Source: Octopus bimaculoides
Taxonomy: Eukaryota
Assembly (NCBI RefSeq): GCF_001194135.2
Contig: NC_068993.1
Span: 41,990,174-42,054,173, forward strand
Length of the DNA stretch: 64,000 nt
Direction of reading: 5' to 3'
Both the position numbers and the translations under genes were made by a program. The notes beneath the pieces are model-generated. The model was not told where the DNA came from and made no database searches. It worked only from the letters and a program-made list of their open reading frames with translations. Of the stretch, positions 54,849 through 64,000 are shown piece after piece; the stretch's first letter is position 1; the number at the start of each line of letters is the position of its first letter.

Positions 54849-55140
54849 GTGAGTATCTTTTTGTTTTTGTTTTTTCCTCCTGCATCACTTGAGAACAGGT
54901 ATTGGTTTGTTCACAACCCATTAAGCTAGTGGTTTGGTAAGAGGGGTTGATAGACTAAGTACCAGCCTCAAAATATAGGACTAAAGTCCATTCATTCGAG
55001 GCGTTGCCCCAGCACATCTGCAGTCTTAAGAATTAAACAAATAAAATATTGAAGATAAATACATACATGGATGTGTATGTATATGTTTGAGGATACACAC
55101 ACACACCCAAACATACATGCACACAAACACACACATATAA

Positions 55141-55300
55141 TGGATGCGATGGGTAAATAGTCTATATTGTTTGTTTTTGATTTTGTCAACTACACAGTAT
55201 AGTAGGGTCAGTGGGGCACTGTTTTTTGAGAAAAATAGCACCATGACGCAATTCACTCGTCCAGAAATTTGGAAAAGGCATGCTGTGCTGCTTGGTGTTC
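55141..55300 (+). mobile_element. Second maT 5' fragment, truncated at a (CT)n tract
   Basis: GCGATGGGTAAAT...TTGTTTTTGATTTTGTC..CTACACAGTA...CCATGACGCAATTCACTCGTCCAGAAATTTGGAAA is collinear with 49405-49590. Confidence 0.8.
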
Positions 55301-55372
55301 TCCCTCTCTCTCTCTCTCTCTCTTCCACTACACTCACACAAACATATCTAGCATATATATTATTTATATATG

Positions 55373-55412
<40 letters not shown>

Positions 55413-55535
55413 TATATCTATAATTATGTATGCATGTATTATGTAATATGAATATTACATAAGAATATAAATGTATATGTATGTACAAATATAACATATA
55501 TGCGTATGTGTATGTGTGTGTCCGCTTCTATGTGT

Positions 55536-55594
<59 letters not shown>

Positions 55595-56965
55595 CACATG
55601 AGGCTTTTTACATATTATATAAAAATGAGATCGCATGAAATGTGTGCTGAATCCATTAATCGTCGCCAGTTATAAACTTCAAAATTGTATTTAGTTGTGG
55701 AAAAATTATCTAAGAAGAAATCCATAGTCAATGAAATAACAATTATAGAGAAATTTTGGGATGAATAATCCAGTGACACTGCAACAGAATATTGAAAGGA
55801 ATGTTACAACTGAATAATGTAATCTAAGTATTATTTGCACATTAAAGATATTGTGAAACCTTAAACTAATCCCCAGTTTAATAGTCGGATCAATAACAAA
55901 CAGATCGTTGTTAGCAGTGACGGTGACAGCTATGGAGATGTTTCTGCCGTAATAGATGCAAAACAAAATGGCTTCCTGTCATCCCAAGACAGTGAGTGAA
56001 TATGCAAATACCTGAGCTGAGCCGTTTCAATAAAAGGCTGATCCATGAATTTAGAACCACTGAAATCACTCCCTTTTCAGGTAATATCCGATTACTGGTT
56101 TAACGTATTATCTCAAAAGCCACGAATTACTTTTACTTAAGCATTTGTCTCAAGCTGGATTATATATTTAACATGTCAGACTACTATCTTCTGAACCTAC
56201 AATTATGCAATGGGGCATGAAGATCAGAACATCACCCTAACCAGAGCAACAAAGAGCGACAAATTGACGTTAACGAAAAAAACAACCAAACATAAACAAC
56301 GAATTGTACAAGGTTTCTTCCCTGTCAGCAATATAAATTGAATTAGGTAGATCGACCCTCGGCCTTATGTTTCTTGACTTTCACACATCACATAAATCTC
56401 ATGTGTTCTTTTCTGAGAAAAAACATACTTATTCACTATATTTGATCCATCTCTATTATCCAAGATAAAGTCTACATTTTATTTTATCCAGAATCGGTTT
56501 CTCATGTTCCTGGTGCACTCCTTACTAGTTATCTTACTTTGATCTGCACCGTTTCTGATCTTTGAGATCGGAACGTTTCACTTATATCACCGCAAGGATA
56601 GCAGCGTACGTTGACATAGCTGTCTTTACTGTACAGCCTATATTCATCTGGTCTAAATTTATTTCAGTTACCTCTCTACCTCTCTCCATCGTTATACATT
56701 AACGAACACAAGGACACACTGCTACACCAACACGTAATTTCAACACATCGAACATAGATCATAGTAGACTCAGAGATCTTGTGATGGTCATGGGCTCAAC
56801 TTTATACCTCCTATCACATTAATAAAAATAAAAACAGTTACAGACTACAAACCACGGAAATATTCATCAGTTACTATCACAACGAATTACTGAAATGTTT
56901 TTATAAAATTATGTTAGCATATTCTACCTTGACTTATCAACTCCTATGTTCCTTTTCAACCTTCT

Positions 56966-57049
<84 letters not shown>

Positions 57050-58142
57050 TGTCAGCTCACGTCACGTTTAACAATTTCTAGTAGCACACGATCATCAATA
57101 ACTGTATTCAAAATGGGCAATACAACTTTGTGTCATCAACAGGTTTTATCCACTACCACACAGATGATCTGTACTCTTGTTTTTAAGTTTGCTTCACCCA
57201 TCACTACCAAATCAGCTTTTGTTACTCTGAACAAGAAAGTTGCCTACTATTTCTACCCAAACGTCGCCTTCTATTGTGAATTCTACAGAAACCAAGCACA
57301 AACCACTTTGCTCCATTTTTCAGTCGACATCCACACCGTTCTGCAATCACCACATTAGACTACGTTTTACCTATTGACATTAACTTACAGAAGATCACAG
57401 TAGACATTAACCTCAATGATTTCATCCATTTAAAAGGTTGTGGGCGCTGCATCTTCTCCTTGTATTGAAAGAAAAGGAGAAATAAAAAAATGCGCTGTAT
57501 TCCAAAAATACTATGATTAAAATACATTTCTAAGAAGATTGTCTTAGTAGAAATTCAATATGAAAATCTTGTCTCTTGGCATATAATAGAAACATGACCT
57601 CCTGTGTAACAAAGGAGACACACAGGCGCTTCACTTATTCAACATACTAATAGATTATGTTTGAAAACTTTCGAAACCTGTCGGGGGTAGAATCAGTCTC
57701 TATAAAATCTCATCCGAATTGTATTTGCTAATGATGTTGTAGTCAACCATTCCAATAAATAACAGCTCCAAACGATACAAACCTAAATATAACATTGTAC
57801 GTTTAGGAATTAAAGAAACCAGAAGTGAATATACGACTATTAAGATCATGAATACTTAATATTGCCGAAATGTCTCGTATATGTATACGCATGTATGTAT
57901 TAACATGTATGAAGATATATTGGTTCCAAAACTGGAGATTCTGGAAATGTTATCAATCTAAAGAAATATTATAGTGCTTATGATCAATTTCGGATAAATC
58001 TATTGAGTTCATAGACTAGGCACCATGTTGAGTCTTCCTCTATCCCTTCATTCCTGTCGATTCTGAATTTTACTCTGAATAAAAACTCCGAAACGGTAAC
58101 TAACAGCCCACTTCTTTAGATCACCTTTTAAGCGAACAACTA

Positions 58143-58245
58143 CATAACAACTATGCCATAACAACTATGTCATAACAACTATGTCATAACAACTATGTCA
58201 TAACAACTATGTCATAACAACTACGTAAAGTAGCTGTTATGACAT
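58143..58245. repeat. Six tandem 14-bp units (CATAACAACTATGT) plus one inverted copy
   Basis: Units at 58143, 58157, 58171, 58185, 58199 and 58213; TAGCTGTTATGACAT at 58231-58245 is the reverse complement with one mismatch. Confidence 0.95.
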
Positions 58246-58389
58246 TGCCAATGCATTACATACCTTACATAAGCAAAACTGTGAATGTCGTTTATCCGAA
58301 CATCAAGATAAACGATAGCAACTACAATAAGCAACAACAGCATCTGAAAGAAAAACGAGCACATCATATACGTTTGAGTAGAGATAATA

Positions 58390-58540
58390 CTAAAAGAAAT
58401 AGCTTGGATGCAATATTCTCTACAGACGAAAATACTGAGTAAAGGGATAGCGCAATTGTGGGTGAGAGGACGAGTGTGCTCATATAGAATGTACATCAGC
58501 GTTGTCAAAGACTTGTACAATCTTGCAAAAGGCAACTGAC
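58390..58540 (+). mobile_element. Possible RTE reverse-transcriptase relic
   Basis: Short motifs 'SLDAIF' and 'YISVVKDLY' resemble RTE STTDAIF and YIRVIKDMY; very decayed. Confidence 0.3.
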
Positions 58541-59639
58541 ATCAACTGAATTGTTACTAGTTATGCGCCTTACTTTTTCCTTCGATCTATATTTTTCCTC
58601 TACTCCTATAAAAAAATATTGATTGATTTATAACACCTATATACAAACACATACTTGCCCTAACACAGCCACAAAAGTACATATTAATTCTAATAAATAT
58701 TGATACTATAAAATGATCTAATCTATATACAGCTTCTATATTATATTTTATGGTTTATTCTTATTAGCTTTACAAATCATTATATTTTGTTTCGCTGTTG
58801 AGAGTATTTTGCCCTAGAAAATATGCAGTCTTCAAATATCATTTTGAAATGCAAATAGACAGATCAAATAATGGGTCGCTGTAAATAAGAATCAATTCTT
58901 CAATAATGTCCAAAATATTCAGTCATTAATATATTAGAGTGAAGGTTTTTTTTTGTTTTTTTTTAATAAATTTGTTATAGGAACGGGTGTCTGTGCTCAT
59001 CCCACTTACTGGCACTCAAGAGTGATTTCTTAGTATGTGTTCTGTAACTTGAATGGAAGCATTTTGAAATACTGTTGCATTATATATCAGGTCTAAGTTT
59101 ACGATCAATTAGAATTGGGAATCAAGGAATGCTCATCAAGTATGACTCAACAGTGCCTGAATTCGGCGTGAACATAGGGTTATATTTGTGATTGGTGTAC
59201 ATCGGTGAGATATTAGGAAATGGTGGATTCATTATAAAAATAAACACGTAGAATTCAGTGCGAAGTTTAGATAAGAAACAAAACAAAATATTCTTCGAAA
59301 GAAATAAAGCCAAAGCAAATAATAAGCTTGACTGGGTGAGAAATGCATTTCATAAGTTTCTGAGGAGCAGTGTTTATCGTTGTGGTAATAAATAAAGTTA
59401 TAGAAGGATCATGAGGACGGATGATAAGAAAGATATATTCTTCAATAGAGTACCCCGCCATGCACCATCAAATTCACTACAAATTGTAGGATTAAAAGGC
59501 TTAGAATTTCACATACACGATATAGCAAAAACCTTCAAAGAAAAGCTGTTTTCTTTAGGGTCTAAAATACTTCAGCAGCTAGCAGTTGCCGACTCTTTAT
59601 CTATCTGAAATGAGGCACAATAAATTTCAACCTTCACGC

Positions 59640-60020
59640 CTTTGATGGTACTGCTACAGATTCTCTATCACCATGTCAGATTTCACCCACCCACCCCCAC
59701 AAAAACACAGGATGGATTGGTTCGGAGTGACTCACAAATACCTTCAGCTACTAAGCTATGTGGTTCAATATCATTTTCACCAACACCTATAGCATACGCC
59801 CGTATCGCCTTACTTCAATCCCATACTCTATCTCCACTTCCACATTACGTACAGTAAGAAAATACCTTACTCAATTCTTCATTCGTAGGGAACCAACTCG
59901 CTGGAATTCTTCCCATCCACCATGTTATCCATGCACCTATTTCCTAAATGTTGTCCATTATAAACATGAAACGACCAAGGATCTCAACAATCTCAGAAGG
60001 AATCCGAGAAGGTCTTAAGC
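59640..60020 (+). mobile_element. Possible Penelope-like relic
   Basis: 'FSPTPIAYAR' and a 'PPCYPC' Cys motif loosely resemble the PLE linker before the GIY-YIG domain. Confidence 0.25.
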
Positions 60021-60236
60021 ACAACCTCTTCATTCTGATTCATAAAGAAAGTTGTTTAAATTAAATAGCGGGTTATACTAGAAGTGTGCATAAAATCACA
60101 CCATCATTCTGAGCTGAAGAATATAGGGGTACTACAAAGGAAAACAGCTTTAACATTTCCATATAAATACATTAAACTATGATGTATTACATTATGTATA
60201 ATATTGTAGGGAGAGTAGTTACTCAGATATGATGGA

Positions 60237-60425
60237 ATGATTTCTACTCTTGGAACAAGGCACGACATTTTTGGGGAGGGGGCCAGTCGCAACTGGTACT
60301 TAAATTCAAAGGATCAAAGGCAAAGCCGACCTCGGCGGAATTTCAATTCAGAACGTAAAGGCAGACGAAATACCGCTAAGCATTTCGTCCGACAGTGCTA
60401 ACGTTTCAGCCAGCTCACGGCCTTA
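60237..60425 (-). mobile_element. SINE family A
   Basis: AAAGGCAAAGCCGACCTCGGCGGAATTT core; head ends CAGCTCACGGCCTTA. Confidence 0.85.
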
Positions 60426-60441
60426 CATCCAAAATTATATT

Positions 60442-60657
60442 CTTTTCTACTCTAGGCACGACGCCCGAAATTTTGGGGGAGGGGTGTCAGTCGGTACGAT
60501 CGACCCCTGTACGCAGCCGGTACTTAATATATCGACCCCATAAGGATCATAGTCACAGTCGACTTTGGTAGAATTTGAAATCAGAACATAAAGACAGACG
60601 AAATACAGCTAAGCATTTCGCCCGGCGTGCTAACGCTTCTGCCAGCTCGCCATCTTG
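60442..60657 (-). mobile_element. SINE family A with perfect 16-bp target-site duplication
   Basis: CATCCAAAATTATATT at 60426-60441 and 60658-60673. Confidence 0.9.
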
Positions 60658-62619
60658 CATCCAAAATTATATTAAGAAATGATTTGGTATGTTTTGACGG
60701 AGATTCAACTACTATTTTTAGCTCTGAGTAACTCTCCCTTTTGTTCGAAAATCTGTATGATGTGCATTGATGCGTAGGATTGATACATTAAAGTGTTTTT
60801 TTAAGAGTAAAGTTTGACTTGGAGGCAATATATTAAAATATACTGTTTACATAAGCAATTTTGTGAGAGATTAAATGATGTCACAGACGAGGATATATTT
60901 ATAATGCTTNNNNNNNNNNNNNNNNNNNNNNNNNNNNNNNNNNNNNNNNNNNNNNNNNNNNNNNNNNNNNNNNNNNNNNNNNNNNNNNNNNNNNNNNNNN
61001 NNNNNNNNNNNNNNNNNNNNNNNNNNNNNNNNNNNNNNNNNNNNNNNNNNNNNNNNNNNNNNNNNNNNNNNNNNNNNNNNNNNNNNNNNNNNNNNNNNNN
61101 NNNNNNNNNNNNNNNNNNNNNNNNNNNNNNNNNNNNNNNNNNNNNNNNNNNNNNNNNNNNNNNNNNNNNNNNNNNNNNNNNNNNNNNNNNNNNNNNNNNN
61201 NNNNNNNNNNNNNNNNNNNNNNNNNNNNNNNNNNNNNNNNNNNNNNNNNNNNNNNNNNNNNNNNNNNNNNNNNNNNNNNNNNNNNNNNNNNNNNNNNNNN
61301 NNNNNNNNNNNNNNNNNNNNNNNNNNNNNNNNNNNNNNNNNNNNNNNNNNNNNNNNNNNNNNNNNNNNNNNNNNNNNNNNNNNNNNNNNNNNNNNNNNNN
61401 NNNNNNNNNNNNNNNNNNNNNNNNNNNNNNNNNNNNNNNNNNNNNNNNNNNNNNNNNNNNNNNNNNNNNNNNNNNNNNNNNNNNNNNNNNNNNNNNNNNN
61501 NNNNNNNNNNNNNNNNNNNNNNNNNNNNNNNNNNNNNNNNNNNNNNNNNNNNNNNNNNNNNNNNNNNNNNNNNNNNNNNNNNNNNNNNNNNNNNNNNNNN
61601 NNNNNNNNNNNNNNNNNNNNNNNNNNNNNNNNNNNNNNNNNNNNNNNNNNNNNNNNNNNNNNNNNNNNNNNNNNNNNNNNNNNNNNNNNNNNNNNNNNNN
61701 NNNNNNNNNNNNNNNNNNNNNNNNNNNNNNNNNNNNNNNNNNNNNNNNNNNNNNNNNNNNNNNNNNNGTGTGTGTGTGTGTGTGTGCAGGGGTGTTTGTG
61801 TGTGGTAACTATGAAGTAAGAATTCCAAGATAAATGCACTCTCGTCATTCTTCGACGACCACGATGCGCACATATATGTTAATCAGTTTGGATCAAAATA
61901 CGGAGTGCGAATGTTATTTTACAGTTTGGATCTCAAGGCTCGAATGATAAATCGGCGGTTCCGGACAGCAAAGTCCATTATCTTCAGACTGGTGGTTGAT
62001 TATCCTCGGGAAAAAAGTGGATGGTTTATAGATGTGCTTTTTAAAAATGGCATTGAGTTGACAAATTGCTTGCTTTTTTGATATTCCCGTATGAGTTGAA
62101 AATATTTCAAATATACACTTTCTGTGTTATACATAAAATAAGTGTCAATTGTAATTACTAAACTCTTGTCGCAGGTAGAAAACTCAGATGTCTGATGCTA
62201 CTACATGTGTGTCACTTGAGCCTTCCAGCGTCGACCATAATACGGAATTGAATGCAGTTTCACAGTACATTTAATCTGAAATATTTTCTGTCACCTGATT
62301 CCACTCTGTGCTAGGAATTCGAGGCTAATTCCCCACTTGTTTTCTTGGAGGATACTCTTCATTCGCGAAAATCATGGGCTGATTCTCAAGTACAATGGAA
62401 TTTTGGTATTGTTTATTCTCAGGGATATGTGTAAAGAATATTTTCTATGTCTAGTATGAAATTCTTACCTTCTAGATTGTTGTGTTTTAGTATTTTCATG
62501 TTGTAAGCTAATAAAAGTGTAGAGTATCTCTCTGATACATACTACTTAACGAAGTAGTATATATCGGAGCTGAGCTGAGCTGAGAAATCCTGTGTTAGAC
62601 AGGATTTTTGTGTTGATGA

Positions 62620-63250
62620 ATTTCTCTCTTTTGCAGCCGAAAAATGTAATTCCTTTGTCCACGTTCCATACAGTAGTTGATTGATGGAAATTATGTATTT
62701 ATCCTGTAATGCATTCATCCAAATCATTTCCATGCCTCGTAGCAGCCATTATGACTTTTCTTTCTTTCCTGCAACATTGCCTTCTGGAATTGCTTCGTGT
62801 TTCGTATCTTTCCTGCAGATGTCGACTTATAACGCTTTAAGCGGAATACTACCGTGTTGTCCATTATAAAAGTCGTAATTTTCAGACCAAGTTTTACAGC
62901 CAAATCAGATAGGTCGACTTATACAGCTTGAAGAATTTGGAGAACCAAAAATTCCATGTGAAATGATGCAGCAGGATATGAAAAGACAGTGACGCTGTTT
63001 GAATGTTTACACTGCATATTTACACCATATATTATGTAAACTTGTGTGCTGGGAAATACGATTACAGCATTAAGTCACCAATCTCAGCAGACCTGTAAAT
63101 GCCATGGTCTGATTACCATTTCTTTCTTCAGGGAAATAAACACAAAAATGCCTGTCTTTGCCGGATTCCAAGGGAATACAGAATGCATGACGTCTCAGCT
63201 TAATGCTACAGTACAGTTAATTCTACCTTCTTACAATCGCGAAAGCAACC
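62620..63250 (-). mobile_element. Probable piggyBac transposase relic
   Basis: Minus-strand fragments occur in piggyBac order: 'EIGD.L' (TIDE), 'KFT*YM' (FRQY), 'KYAV*TF' (KYGIK), 'MEFL' (MEIY.G), 'ITTFIMDN' (ITMDN), 'AGKIRNTK' (GTIRKNK). Many stops and frameshifts. Confidence 0.5.
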
Positions 63251-64000
63251 ACCATGCTTGACTTTACGGAAGAATAACGTTTATTTGTTCTCTTTTCAAC
63301 TATTTGTTATTTACATTTAGTTTTTAAAAATACAAATGTTTTATCAGCAATCTTTGTTTGATATTTAAAAAGTAATTCATTTCTTGAAGCATTAAGAAGT
63401 CTTACCAACGCTTCTAATCCATTCGTCACGTGTTGCTCCATGCCAGATGTAAAATTTAGAGAACAGCAATGAACACTGTTTTAATGTGTGCAAATGTAGA
63501 TCCATTGCTGAAAACATTTCCATGTCTATATAATATGTCATGAAAATATCCTGGTGCGAGGTAGGATAACAAAAAAAGACATTGTTCCCCGAGAAATACG
63601 ATTCTTCGGTACAAAATGATCATTCATTATCATCGGACTTAAATTTTCTTGCTGTCGACGTCAGGCTTCTTTCATCAATCACGATATGATTCAGCCACCG
63701 TGTATGGTATTACTTAGTTGCTACACTGAACAATCCGTGTTTTGTATTAAATGCATGTACGTTAGGAGATGGGTGTGATCACAAGTCGGGTTAAGGGGTT
63801 CATAAACACACGAACGCATTTACAAACATAAAACCAAGCACACAAATGTAGACAAATCTAAAGCCCGTACAGGCATATGCAAATAAGTATATAGTAAACA
63901 TATGTGCGCATAAATATACAGAGAGAAAGAGACATACAAAGACAGTGGGACACCTACAGACACAGACACACGGGCACACACATTATGTATATATATATAT

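Noticed and set aside
55860-56080. Exon candidates with donors at about 55991 and 56080
   Set aside because: Acceptors are weak or sit right after in-frame stops; not supportable without transcripts.
58143-58230. CRISPR-like array
   Set aside because: The repeats are contiguous with no spacers, there are no cas genes, and the context is eukaryotic.

Overview
This is eukaryotic, AT-rich, microsatellite-dense DNA with 16 N-gaps (about 3.3 kb in total). Its repeat families point to an octopus or other coleoid cephalopod genome (inference). About 95% or more looks intronic or intergenic. It carries three abundant SINE families, three R4/Dong-like (restriction-like endonuclease) LINE relics clustered at 30-37 kb, an RTE LINE 3' end, and probable Penelope-like fragments. 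It also holds decayed DNA transposons: a mariner, two Tc1-like elements (DD34E and DD35E spacing), a DD37D maT element with both TIRs, and a probable piggyBac relic. No transposon here is intact. The best host-gene signal is a set of + strand exon candidates: 47885-48242 and 54718-54848 (phase-compatible) and 9191-9325. I cannot name the protein they encode. Nearly all long ORFs in the supplied track are microsatellite or N-gap artefacts. I found no CRISPR array, rRNA gene, true tRNA gene or prokaryote-type system, and no convincing new biological system. The most interesting observations are SINEs repeatedly inserted at the 5' head of older SINEs with clear target-site duplications, an inverted capture of flanking DNA inside the maT transposon, and the unidentified gene.
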